From Podarcis erhardii (Eukaryota): a stretch of 64,000 nucleotides of DNA. The DNA is taken from NCBI GenBank assembly GCA_964252035.1, contig OZ176203.1. The stretch is one strand, 5' to 3'. Shown in pieces: positions 11,009-22,764 of this stretch (positions are counted from its first letter, which is position 1; each line of letters starts with the position of its first letter). The notes under the pieces are model-generated. The model worked only from the letters and a program-made list of their open reading frames with translations, did no database searches and was not told the DNA's origin. The translations under genes were made by a program, and so were the position numbers.

Positions 11009-13990
11009 CTGTAATCACTGTGATCCATGCCCCTGATAACACAGGATTTCTCTCTTTTATACTGCTTTTATACTGCTAAAATAGATGCTTGAAGAGGTAC
11101 CTGCAACATGATACTGTTTAGTGGTATTTTTTTTTAAAAAAAAAAACCCAATAGAAACAGGTCTAAAATTACACAGCCCAGCTCCAGTTGATGAGAATCT
11201 TCACCTTACTAATCATCCAGACCATGTCACTAATCACATCTGCCCAACAACTGAAGAAGCAACCCTAGCATTTAGCAGCTGCTGCGGAATTGAACAGTTC
11301 ATACTACATTCCCAAGGGGAGGGCTGGCGGAAACTGCATTCCCACTGAGCCTAGGGAACCTTGAACAGGAAGATCAAGAAAGAGATAGGAATAAACAGCT
11401 GCTCAGCTTGCACTTAACATTCTTTGAAGCACTTGGAAATTCCTTCACCTAGTGCTTGGTGTTCCATAGTTTTGCATTGTTTTAAGCCGGTCTCTCACTA
11501 TGCTGGGGCTGATGGAAGTTGCAGTTTAAAACATCTGGGAGGCATAGAGGCTGGTGAAGGCTTTAAGAACTGTATTTTGTACACACATCGAGGCCTTTCC
11601 TGGAACCTGTTACACAAGAAGTTGTACCCTTCTGTAAATGTAAACCTTCCCAAACACGAACTGTACACAGTATTTGCTCAAAGTCAAACTAACAAGGACT
11701 GCAATCTTCCACATGAACCTGTCTGACTGCTTAGATTCTACTGGTGCCAATGGAAAGTTTTTTTTAAAGTCTTGTAGTTGCAAATTGAGGGGGATCACAA
11801 CTGAGAAGGGGTGAACCTCCCCTTTCTACAAACTGGGATCTGATGACAATCACTCCCCTCCCCAACTCACATGAAATTAAAAGAAAACATGAGATGTAGC
11901 TACATGCTATGCATTAAGAGTAACATGTAGTTTGTCTGCTCTCTGGACTTTGCACAGGTTGCCCCTTCTATCTGCTTTTGACTAACTTGCTTAAGCCAAT
12001 TTGCTTAATTAGTTTTTGGTTTAGCGTTGTGTCCAACTGCAACCACCAGGTATACTATATTGTTATCCTGTTGACTCACAACACAATGACCAACACACAA
12101 ATACTGCTTTACATTTTAAGGTTTGAATTTTTTGTGAGGAAGGAACTCTCCTGACATCAGTATTTTTGTGCAAAGGTAGTTGCTTACTCATAAAAAGGTT
12201 GATTTTGCCATTAATGTATATTCTGCAGTTAATGCAGAAACAAAACTGAACACTGAGATTTTGCAGCTCTGATACCACTTGCATAAATGATTCGTACATG
12301 ATTAACTGCATGTTACTTTGAAATAATTATCTTGTTCTCTACTTCTCTCTTGAAGCTCCAACCATGCCACCAATATTGAGATGAAATGGAAATTTAACAA
12401 ACCATCTACTCCATTTTCTCCAGTCCGATGTTACACCATTTCCTTTTTCCACACTAAACCAGTGATGGGCTACGTGGCCCTTCAGCTGCAGCTGAAATCT
12501 AGCAATCTGGATCTTGCAATTTTTTCCAGGTCTATCTTATTTACATAATTATTATCTTATCCCACTTTATAGATTCCCAGTAAGAAATGATAATATTGCA
12601 CGAGCTTAAAAAGAAATATTACTGGTCATACAGCTTGGTTTCGTGCAAACAACTGCGCAATTTAACAAATAGTTCTCTCACATGCTCTAGTTCCTATTGC
12701 ATCTCTAGTTTTCTGACTGGCTCTATAACCCAGATACAATGACTAACACCCCAACCAGCCATGACACTAGGAATATACCCTTTCTGTAGAAGCACACCTG
12801 TCACTGCTGCAAAAACATACCCTAGAACCTGTGCTGAGAATGTTACATGTGGATGAATGAAAAAGAAGTGTTATTATATGCTTGACCTTCAAACGTCAAC
12901 ATATCCATCTTGTAAAAATATTGCACGTTTTCACGTCAACCAAGTGCTGTAACCTTCCCTGGGGAGATGTTCTGAGCTAAGTGATTATATCAGCTGAAAG
13001 CTGGCAGGTGCCATCATTGTGCTGCTTTATGGAAATCTACTAAGAATTGCCAGATTCCAAAATGTGTCATTTCACATAATGCAGTCCTGCACAAAAACAT
13101 TCCATTAGTTCTCCGCTCTTTTTTCTCTCTCCAAGTGTTTCAACAACAAGAGCTGCTAAGCATAAAATATTAGCTTTTTCTATTGCTACTACAGCAAGGC
13201 ACAAAGAGCCATCTGAGAAATCTTTTGTCATAATGAAAATGGAACGGACGGTTTCAAATATTTGATCATAATCCTAACTTCTGACGAGGAAGAGCTAAAT
13301 TCCTGCAAATCGACATTAATGAACTGGTGCTTGGAGGCTGAATGTGTCAACTTTTGAAGGTCAAGAGCACAAACAGCCAGGCTTTCTATAAAACTGAAAA
13401 AGGGAAAGCAAGTAATACAGAAAATATGGTGTCCAAAATTTCACTGTGTTTAAATGCATAGTTTGCACTTGCATCTTTTTAAAACAGGAGCCACTAACTT
13501 GGGGGGGGGGGCGTGGTACGGGGTTAATGCCTTTGACACTATGATCCTGATTTTAAAAATTTGCCTCCTCCAATTGGATGGAAGGAGGTGTTAACTGGGG
13601 CCAACAACAGCTTCTCTTTTAGCACAAGGATACGATGGGACAATTTTCATTAGGTTGGAAAGTTCAGCCTTTTCTCCAGCCCTACCACAGTCCCAATTAT
13701 CACCACCTTGCTCCACATGGCTGCTGCTATTGTTCTTCTCAAGGTGCAACTATAAGCCATGCATTTAATGTAATGGGAGGGATTCAACGTCATGCTAAGT
13801 TAAAGCCCCTTAGCAGTGTGTCAGTTGCACAAGAGACATAGCTGTCAATTTACAGATTGAAAACAGCCTCAAAAAAGAAAAAAGAAAAAAAAAAGGGATC
13901 AGCAGCCAAAATAAGGGATTTTAGCTTTAGCTTATACAGAAATCCGCCACTCATGGAGCCATGCAGCTTCTGCTGCGACTGACTGTGTTT

Positions 13991-14030
13991 TGCAGGGGGT
14001 TGGACTAGATGATCCTAAGGGTCTACAATT
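13991..14030 (+). mobile_element. CR1 LINE 3'-end fragment inside the hAT element
   Basis: tgcagggggttggactagatgatcctaagggtc..tacaatt matches the CR1 3' terminus; the same motif occurs inverted at 45592-45660. Confidence 0.75.
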
Positions 14031-14210
14031 CCAACCAAAGACGAGTGGCAGACAACACTGATGAATGCCGTTGAGATGGCAAAGCTTACAGGCAGAATGG
14101 GGAAAGCTTATAATTTATTTGAAAAGCTATTGTAAAGAGTTACATACATTGGTAGGATTGACAGAAAACTTGTAGCAAATATTTGAACTATGGATGGACT
14201 AATGATTTAT
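14028..14210 (+). mobile_element. L1-clade ORF2 C-terminal fragment inside the hAT element
   Basis: Translates IPTKDEWQTTLMNAVEMAKLTGRM, then in another frame QAEWGKLIIYLKSYCKELHTLVGL, resembling recalled squamate L1 ORF2 C-termini; internal deletion likely. Confidence 0.6.
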
Positions 14211-14249
14211 AAAACTAGAGTTATGAAAGGGATGCAGAGGGGGAAATCA

Positions 14250-14700
14250 CTACATTAAGATGCTGCACTGGTTGGAGGGTATGCTAAGCAGCACGTCGGG
14301 GCTGCCGTCGTCCTGGCGCGAGGAGTTCCATCGGCCCTTCCCCACCCGAGAGAGAGGGAAGGAGACTCTCGCCCACGCTGCCTGCGAGCCCGGCATGAGG
14401 CGGTTGCAGTGCCATGGCAGCCGCTGAAGCGCCGCCTTTCTGCGTCCTTCCCCTTCCCCTCTTCTTCCTCCTCCCTCAGGCTGCCTCCTCAGCCGCTGCT
14501 GCTGCCACCTCCGGCTTCCCCTGGCAGCACAGCGGAAGTCTCGCAAGAGAGGGGCTGCCTGCCCGCCTGCCGCTACCCGTCTCCGCACGACGCGCCCCTG
14601 AGGGGGAAAAGGGAGAAACAGAGACGTGGCAGCTCATGCACGCGCTCTCTCTCGCTCTCTTGAGGCGGAGGACCCCGAGCCACTGCTTCCCTCCTGAGCC
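14250..14700. promoter_or_regulatory. CpG-island-like fragment, probably a captured promoter/5' UTR of unknown origin
   Basis: CpG-dense in an AT-rich, CpG-poor intron. GCGGAAGT (ETS) overlaps TCTCGCAAGA (one mismatch to the BANP/ZBTB33 TCTCGCGAGA motif) at about 14532-14547. Palindromic gccATGGc at 14411-14418 gives a Kozak ATG on both strands. Confidence 0.55.
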
Positions 14701-17700
14701 GTGGGAGCATGAAACCCAAGAAATTTAAGGGACATCATCAATCTGGGACAGCAGTGGGAAACGGTGCTGGGATAAGGGAGTTTCCCACCAAATAAGGGAT
14801 GGTTGACAGCTATGACAAGAGAAGGAACAGGAAGCCGGCGTGGTTTCTGTGACTGGTTGCACAACAGGTATGTTGCAGCCATGATACAACCTGTTGCACA
14901 GCCAGCTTCTGCTAGTACAACTGTTGCACTGGATTTCAGCCTGGAGACCCATTACTCTTACTCTAGTGCAACAGCTCTTGCATTAGCAGTCATAGAACCA
15001 AGAATCTGGGCCTAAGTAGTTTCATCTTAAGTTCCATTGAACCTAAGTGTACAGTTCAGAAGCACCTTTATATTAAAGCCCCACTGATATGAATGAGACA
15101 AAAAGAACACCTATTATAGGTGCTGCATTTGGAAACATGAGAAGAAGGCTGCCAATTTAGCTTTCTTCCTTTCTATCTGCAGCAAGAGTTTTGACAAAGC
15201 CATCTGCTGGTGTGCATGTTACATCATACCAGACAGTGAAAGGACCATACCAGATGCAGTTTGTCTGAAGAGACCATCTGGTCAGAAAATCTGAAAAACT
15301 TCAAAGGACAGAAACTTGTAGACCTCCATCTTGTCAATAGCTGAGGAAAAGTGATTATGAACCTTCTGGGTCATTCCTGTAGGCCCCCTGCCATGGGTTG
15401 GCTAATGCTGCCCACCACTCTGGCATGCCCCCACTGCCACCATCTCATTGCACCAGCGCTGTGTCCACTACCAATACTAGGTTATCTCATAACTTAAATG
15501 TAGTTCTGTTGACCATGCCGAGACTTAATGCATTCTTTATTTAAAAGCAAAATGGAGCTCTGTAAGGCTTGTCTCTCTCAATCACACAGCTAAGTGGAGA
15601 CAGAACCAATTTATGAGAGCACAATAAGCTAAATCCACAGTGACATTAAAATTCTGAGACACAATTAGTTAATCTTGTCTCATCGATCAGGCAGTAGATA
15701 GGAAAGCTACTATCCGGATGTATGGCTCTTCAGAGGGAAAGCTCATTTGAAAGGAGAGAGGCGACTCCAACTAAGGAGAAAAGCCAATAACTGCATCAAG
15801 AAACAAGCTAGCAATAGCCACATCTGAGTTGCATGGACAACCCTTAAATGGAATATCCTCAATGTGGATTTATTTATTTTTTGTTTACACCTGTGCTTTT
15901 TTAGGCCCAGAGCACATATTAAAGTTGCTGCCCATTTTTAGGTATTTGATCCCAGGTAAATTTACTTGGAAGGCTGGCAGTTCCATTTCAATCAATGGGA
16001 TCTTTACATGTAAATATTACAAGGTCCTTCAGCAAAGCTACAGAAATGCTTCCACATTTGGCATTACACTTCATTTGTCCCAATTAGGAAATTAACATTT
16101 CAAAACATTACAACACAGGCATGTTAATACTTAGTAGGTGATTTGAACTTCAAAGGTGAATAAGTGTTTTCCTAAGCTACTCATTAATGACCATCCTCAT
16201 ACTGATACTACATGTGAGGACTAGCCCCACCCATACCCCTGTGTAATAAAGGAGATGGCAGCAAAAACCATTCTGAAACTTGGATATTGAATGAAAAGAT
16301 TAATGGGGTAACCTTTAGAGAGTATCTAGCGTAGAGCTAGTTCTGTCTTTGAATCAGATGAAAGTGAAATACATTCATCATGTGAAATGACCTGACATTT
16401 TACAGTACTAGCAATTTTGACAACATTGCCGCTTGTATGAATGGCATATTTTAAAACCATAACTGATTTTATCTATAAATAAGGGAAGAAAGAGAAATAA
16501 TCTCTCACCTTTTAGCTGCAGCTAAAGCTAAATATTGGACACAAAAAACAAGATACCACAAGTACCTATTTCTTACTAAACGATTGGGATCCTACTAGTG
16601 CAGTTTCTAAATTCATTATTCAATTTAGAGATGTATCTACAAGAGATTTAGGCTCCAAGCTTACACCCATGTACCTGGGAGTAAATCAATATGGTCTGAC
16701 TGTGATGTCAGGTTCATGAGGAAGATACTATTCTTTGAAAGAAAATATTAAAGATTACAAGTGAGATCAAAGGTTATGCTAGTTGATGCAATGGGATTTT
16801 CCTTTCTGCCTGTAATTCCACCTTCCCTCCAAATCTGCTTGAGGGCTCCCCAACTTTCCATTGCAGAGGGTCTGGGGGAGAGAAGGGAGGGAAAGTCCCA
16901 TTGTTGAAGTGTCTGTCGCACAAACAGAACACAATTACTGCATGCCACCCAATATTATATCAGGAAAGTCTTGTTAGACAAGACTATTGTAACACTGTGT
17001 CGAATTCAACTTAACAGTTGCCCTACCACCCAGCACAATGGGACTTCCCCACCCCCCACTACCACCCTCCCAAATTGGCTTGGGGAGGGGAGAGAGGTTC
17101 AGGAGAACCCCCATAACAATGTGCAGGGGCAAGAGAGAGGATATTGAAGTGACAGAACTGACAGAACAATTGTAATAACATGACATGGAATTCTACCCAC
17201 TGCTTCCAGGTGTAAAGCAACGCAAAACTGGCATTTCTCTTCACTGATATAAATCAGGATCTCTTATAAATGCAAAATAGTCACAGAATTAGTGTACAGT
17301 TTTCACAGATTACAGGTTTCGATTTTTAATTGTTTAAAGAATTTCTGCTTTCCACACTCTAGCCCCATTAACTCGAAGCAAAACCTGTAATCTAATAAAC
17401 TCAATCGATATTGCTGGATCTTTTGCTCCGTGCAAGATGCCTGTCATACTGTATAAGCCATTTCACTAAGGAAAAGAGCTAAGGAATCAGTCAAGTGTTG
17501 AAGGGCTTCTCTGCAACAAATCCCAAAAGGGCAATGCTGAAGGCCAGCACAAAAATGGATCATGGTATCTGACATGAGAGCAGACATACGTCTGCTAGTC
17601 AAATAGTAATTCTCACCCCTGTGAAAAAGCCAAGCATCTAACTGCATAAACGGACTGAATGAACTTCAGCAGCTCTTGAACTAAAATGTAAATGTAGCTG

Positions 17701-18584
17701 AATAACTAATTTTGATGGTGGGTAATGTGCCTAAGAACCCTCGCAAGCATGCCCACTAACTAAACTTTCATTAAATTGCTCCATAAAGTCAAGCAAGCAC
17801 TTTGCTTTCAACAATATCATTAGATTCCTAAAGTTCATCTTCTTCTATAAAAGTTATCCACCATCTCACCATTCTGTACTGCTGCGTTACAGTCACAGCA
17901 TGGACCTAGCAGCCTATGACCTATAGACATACCATGGAAGCATCAAGTGGGGGTGTCTTCCTTTTCCAAAGAGACTTCCTAGCTGTGCGCCACAACCTGA
18001 ATTTCAGGGACTTGCTGTTGAGTCAAGAACCTGGACACAACCAGAAGCTGATCATTTAACCACACTAGAAAAGGAGCCTCTATAGCGATGGAAGAGGGGA
18101 AAGGTATCTTCCTTTCAATCTTCAGGCAAGCAGTTGGGAGGTAAATGATGCAATTGATGATTGATGAGCAAGACAAAAGAATGAAGCGAGCGGGGCATAA
18201 CCATTCTATAAGTAGAGAGTAGCCCCATTTGCACACATATGATTTTTATTCCTGATAACTTACTACTCTCAAAATCATCTAACCCACAAGACAACTGACT
18301 CCTCCAGGCATCAACTTACATCCACTACTTTCCATCTCACATTTTCTAGAAGCTGAAAAACAAAGCAACGTGAGAGATGAAATAATGTGAACTAAGACCA
18401 TGGCAAGCAAAAGTCTTACAATTTATTGCACATAAAACTGCAGCAATTAATCTCACAAGCAGCCTACCTGTCAAATTAGGCTGAAAATATTGCAACTTGT
18501 TCAAGGCAATTCATTGCACTCCATAGCTGAATGGGGCTTGGAATCTAGTTTCCCCATGTCCAAGCCCAGGGACATTATCTAATG

Positions 18585-18905
18585 CAGGGGTAGGCAACCT
18601 AAGGCCCATGGGCCAGATGCGGCCCAATCGCCTTCTCAATCTGGCCCACGGATGGTCCAGGAATTGGTGTGTTTTTACATGAGCAGAATGTGTCCTTTTA
18701 TTTAAAATGCACCTCCAGTTGATTTGTGGGACCTGCCTGGTGTTTTTACATGAGTAGAATGTGTGCTTTATTTAAAATGCATCTCTGGGTTATTTGTGGG
18801 ACATAGGAATTCATTCATATATTTTTTTCAAAATATAGTCCAGCCCACCACATAGTCTGAGGGATGGTGGACCAACCCACGGCTGAAAAAGGTTGCTGAC
18901 CCCTG
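18585..18905 (+). mobile_element. hAT-Charlie-type MITE
   Basis: TIRs CAGGGGTAGGCAACC / GGTTGCTGACCCCTG; exact 8-bp TSD ATCTAATG (18577-18584, 18906-18913). Same family as 31807 and 57641. Confidence 0.93.
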
Positions 18906-19031
18906 ATCTAATGCATCATGGCTATGAAAGTACTTCTTAGAACTCCATACAGAGAAATGTGCATCCCTCTTAATGGGAGTGAAACAAGATCTTAAGTGCT
19001 ATTTTCAAACTGTTTCCTTAAAAAAGTTTCT

Positions 19032-19065
19032 AAACAAAACAAAACAAAACAAAACAAAACAAAAC
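19032..19065. repeat. (AAAAC)n microsatellite
   Basis: Direct reading. Confidence 0.95.
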
Positions 19066-19894
19066 GAATATCTTGACAAAGTCTTTTCAAAATCTACATA
19101 ACCATTAACAGTTTCTTTTCACTCTCAATATAAACCTTTAGCCCTAAACACATTCTCTTTGAAGCAAATGCCAAGGGAGATCACTAGGGCTAACTTCCAA
19201 GAAGATTGTTCAATGCCTTAGGAGGTCAATGAATTTCCCATTTGTCACCATGCTACACCTTTCCCCAGTCAGAGCCTAAAGCTTTTGTTACATTAGAATC
19301 AATGTGGGACTGTTTCTCAGTTTCCTCGGTATAAACCTTAGAAATGGTGTGATGCCATGCTCATGGGCTTCCAGTTTATTAGGGAGAAGGTAAGCAGAGT
19401 CACTGCAGAAAGACAACGGAGATCCATCTGCACCACAGCATAAGCAACACGTGTGCTCGTTTCAACAGACAGCTCTGAAGGTAAACCTGAAAAGAAGCTG
19501 GAAATGCCGCACTGCATTGTGAGTTGTCACTCACAATATATTAAGTTACATAGTACTGACACAATCAGAAGATAAGAGGACAGGAACCCTAAGCTACATG
19601 AAGATGCTGAAGGTGTAAACTCCATCATTTCAAGATGACTAGGACAACGAGAAAGGCTGCTTCTCAGTGCATTTGCTCATTCTGGGGAGGTAACCTTTTC
19701 ACTGAACCTACATGGAGCCCAGTTCCACGAACCTCCCCATAGAATTTCAGAAAACAAACTAACTCCTGCCGTTTCTTCGACCAAAGAAAAAAGCAAAAGG
19801 AAAAAAGCAAACCTAGCATAGAGATTCACCCTAGAAAGAAAATAAAAAAAATTCCTTCCAGTAGCACCTTAAAGACCAACTGAGTTAGTTCTAG

Positions 19895-19932
19895 GTATGA
19901 GCTTTCGTGTGCATGCACACTTCTTCAGATAC
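19895..19932 (-). ncRNA. Minimal type I hammerhead ribozyme motif (left arm, sense to APP)
   Basis: Reverse complement of 22765-22802: GUAU-CUGAAGA-A-GUGUGCAUGCACAC-GAAA-GCUC^AUAC. Confidence 0.85.
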
Positions 19933-20112
19933 ACTGAAACAGAAGTCACCGGACCTTTCTATATAGTGAGAAGGTGGGGAGGGGTATTACTCAGAAGGGT
20001 GGTGGGAATGGGTGATTGGCAGATAGCTGCGATGAGCCTGTTGACGACTCTTAACGACTGCAATAGGTCTAACAGGAAAAAGCAAGGGGTGAGAAGGTGA
20101 AAAATGGCTTTG

Positions 20113-21441
20113 TCATGTATAATGAGATAAGAATCCAATGTCTTTATTCAAACCAGGTCTCTCCATAGTTTTAAGTTTGGTGATAAGTTGCAATTCAGCA
20201 GCTTCTCTTTCCAGTCTATTTCTGAAATTCCTTTGTAATAGAACAGCTACTTTGAGATCTTGTATAGAATGTCCTGGGAGATTGAAGTGTTCTCCTACTG
20301 GTTTTTCTGTCTTGTGGTTCCTGATGTCGGATTTATGTCCATTTATTCTTTGGCGTAAGGTCTGGCCTGTTTGTCCAATATAGAGAGCTGAAGGACACTG
20401 TTGGCATTTTATGGCATACACAATGTTAGACGATGAGCAATTAAATAGTCCCGAGATGGTATGTGTGATGTTGTTGGGGCCAGTAATGGTGTTGTCCGGG
20501 TGTATGTGGCAGCAAAGTTGGCATCTGGGTTTATTGCAGGCTCTGGTGCCAGTGTCCGTGTTAAGTCTGGTTATAGTATTATTGTGGGTTAGGAGTTGTT
20601 TAAGATTGGGGGGCTGTCTGGAGGCAATGAAAGGTCTTCCTCCCAGAGCTTGAGAAAGAGAACTGTCATTGTCCAGGAGAGGTTGTAGATCTCTGATGAT
20701 GCGTTGTACTGTTTTAACTTGGGAGCTGTATGTGATGACTAGAGGTGTTCTGTTATTTTCTTTTTTGGGTCTGTCTTGCAGCAAGTTCTCTCTGGGTATC
20801 AGTCTGGCTCTGTTGATCTGTTGTCTAACTTCATCTGCTGGGTATTTTAGTTCTAAAAAGGTTTGCTGTAGATCTCTTAGGTGAGAGTCTCTGTCTGTAG
20901 AATTGGAGCAGATGCGGCTGTAACGTAGTGCCTGGCTATATACAATGGACTGTTTGGTATGTTTGGGATGGTAGCTAGAGGCATGTAGATATGTTTGTCG
21001 GTCAGTTGGTTTACGGTATAAGGTGGTGTCTATGCGCCCATCCTGTATTTTTATAGTAGTGTCCAAAAAATGTATTTCTTGCATAGATTGATTCATTGTT
21101 AGGTTGATGGTGGGGTGAAAATCATTGAATTTCTGGTGGAAGGTGTCCAGGGTCTGTTGACCATGTGTCCAGATGATAAAAATATCATCAATGTATCGCA
21201 GGTACAAGAGAGGTTTGAGTGGGTAGGAGTTTAGGAAACGTTGTTCTAAATCCGCCATGAAGATGTTGGCATACTGTGGGGCCATGCGGGTGCCCATTGC
21301 TGTGCCGCTGATCTGAAGGAACAGGTCATCACCGAATTTGAAGTTGTTGTGGGTAAGGACAAATTGGCAGAGTTTGGTAGCAAAGTCCGCTGTGGTTTTA
21401 TCTGAAATGGTATTCCTTATAGCTTGTAAACCATCGTCATG
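20113..21441 (-). CDS. Penelope-like RT (partial) + Cys linker + C-terminal GIY-YIG endonuclease, 5'-truncated, stop-free
   Basis: Frame open from HDDGLQAIRN... through GTAMGTRMAPQYANIFM and YLRYIDDIF (RT), CNKPRCQLC...C (Neptune-type cysteine linker), and NIVYAIKC...YIGQTGQTLRQRINGH (GIY-YIG). Confidence 0.95.
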   Translation of the reverse strand, partial: HDDGLQAIRNTISDKTTADFATKLCQFVLTHNNFKFGDDLFLQISGTAMGTRMAPQYANIFMADLEQRFLNSYPLKPLLYLRYIDDIFIIWTHGQQTLDTFHQKFNDFHPTINLTMNQSMQEIHFLDTTIKIQDGRIDTTLYRKPTDRQTYLHASSYHPKHTKQSIVYSQALRYSRICSNSTDRDSHLRDLQQTFLELKYPADEVRQQINRARLIPRENLLQDRPKKENNRTPLVITYSSQVKTVQRIIRDLQPLLDNDSSLSQALGGRPFIASRQPPNLKQLLTHNNTITRLNTDTGTRACNKPRCQLCCHIHPDNTITGPNNITHTISGLFNCSSSNIVYAIKCQQCPSALYIGQTGQTLRQRINGHKSDIRNHKTEKPVGEHFNLPGHSIQDLKVAVLLQRNFRNRLEREAAELQLITKLKTMERPGLNKDIGFLSHYT

Positions 21442-22584
21442 GCGGATTTAGAACAACGTTTCCTAAACTCCTACCCACTCAAACCTCTCTTGTACCTGCG
21501 ATACATTGATGATATTTTTATCATCTGGACACATGGTCAACAGACCCTGGACACCTTCCACCAGAAATTCAATGATTTTCACCCCACCATCAACCTAACA
21601 ATGAATCAATCTATGCAAGAAATACATTTTTTGGACACTACTATAAAAATACAGGATGGGCGCATAGACACCACCTTATACCGTAAACCAACTGACCGAC
21701 AAACATATCTACATGCCTCTAGCTACCATCCCAAACATACCAAACAGTCCATTGTATATAGCCAGGCACTACGTTACAGCCGCATCTGCTCCAATTCTAC
21801 AGACAGAGACTCTCACCTAAGAGATCTACAGCAAACCTTTTTAGAACTAAAATACCCAGCAGATGAAGTTAGACAACAGATCAACAGAGCCAGACTGATA
21901 CCCAGAGAGAACTTGCTGCAAGACAGACCCAAAAAAGAAAATAACAGAACACCTCTAGTCATCACATACAGCTCCCAAGTTAAAACAGTACAACGCATCA
22001 TCAGAGATCTACAACCTCTCCTGGACAATGACAGTTCTCTTTCTCAAGCTCTGGGAGGAAGACCTTTCATTGCCTCCAGACAGCCCCCCAATCTTAAACA
22101 ACTCCTAACCCACAATAATACTATAACCAGACTTAACACGGACACTGGCACCAGAGCCTGCAATAAACCCAGATGCCAACTTTGCTGCCACATACACCCG
22201 GACAACACCATTACTGGCCCCAACAACATCACACATACCATCTCGGGACTATTTAATTGCTCATCGTCTAACATTGTGTATGCCATAAAATGCCAACAGT
22301 GTCCTTCAGCTCTCTATATTGGACAAACAGGCCAGACCTTACGCCAAAGAATAAATGGACATAAATCCGACATCAGGAACCACAAGACAGAAAAACCAGT
22401 AGGAGAACACTTCAATCTCCCAGGACATTCTATACAAGATCTCAAAGTAGCTGTTCTATTACAAAGGAATTTCAGAAATAGACTGGAAAGAGAAGCTGCT
22501 GAATTGCAACTTATCACCAAACTTAAAACTATGGAGAGACCTGGTTTGAATAAAGACATTGGATTCTTATCTCATTATACATGA
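21439..22584 (+). CDS. Second, inverted copy of the Penelope-like RT/GIY-YIG frame (more truncated)
   Basis: The 381-aa ORF is identical to the C-terminal 381 aa of the minus-strand copy in the ORF track. Confidence 0.95.
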   Translation: MADLEQRFLNSYPLKPLLYLRYIDDIFIIWTHGQQTLDTFHQKFNDFHPTINLTMNQSMQEIHFLDTTIKIQDGRIDTTLYRKPTDRQTYLHASSYHPKHTKQSIVYSQALRYSRICSNSTDRDSHLRDLQQTFLELKYPADEVRQQINRARLIPRENLLQDRPKKENNRTPLVITYSSQVKTVQRIIRDLQPLLDNDSSLSQALGGRPFIASRQPPNLKQLLTHNNTITRLNTDTGTRACNKPRCQLCCHIHPDNTITGPNNITHTISGLFNCSSSNIVYAIKCQQCPSALYIGQTGQTLRQRINGHKSDIRNHKTEKPVGEHFNLPGHSIQDLKVAVLLQRNFRNRLEREAAELQLITKLKTMERPGLNKDIGFLSHYT

Positions 22585-22764
22585 CAAAGCCATTTTTCAC
22601 CTTCTCACCCCTTGCTTTTTCCTGTTAGACCTATTGCAGTCGTTAAGAGTCGTCAACAGGCTCATCGCAGCTATCTGCCAATCACCCATTCCCACCACCC
22701 TTCTGAGTAATACCCCTCCCCACCTTCTCACTATATAGAAAGGTCCGGTGACTTCTGTTTCAGT

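Larger units (their letters stand above)
13837..14814. mobile_element. Non-autonomous hAT-type element with mosaic cargo (Pack-TIR)
   Basis: Perfect 12-bp TIRs CATAGCTGTCAA / TTGACAGCTATG; exact 8-bp TSD ACAAGAGA (13829-13836, 14815-14822); subterminal repeats of TAAGGGA near both ends. Confidence 0.92.

Noticed and set aside
14250-14420. Second cargo as an RNF168 or ankyrin-repeat fragment
   Set aside because: Short resemblances (PSLS..MELL..HTL; GKETLAHAAC) have wrong spacing and lack the conserved Cys or repeat consensus; left unassigned.
8860-14700. The two CpG islands as APP's own promoter or exon 1
   Set aside because: They lie in intron 3, encode no APP signal peptide, and each is enclosed by TIRs and an 8-bp TSD. 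APP exon 1 must lie beyond position 64000.
22582-22700. Selenocysteine read-through of the Penelope TGA stop
   Set aside because: The TGA follows the complete GIY-YIG domain, the downstream frame is unremarkable, and I see no SECIS-like structure. Selenoprotein Penelope elements (Naiad) have an N-terminal endonuclease, unlike this one.
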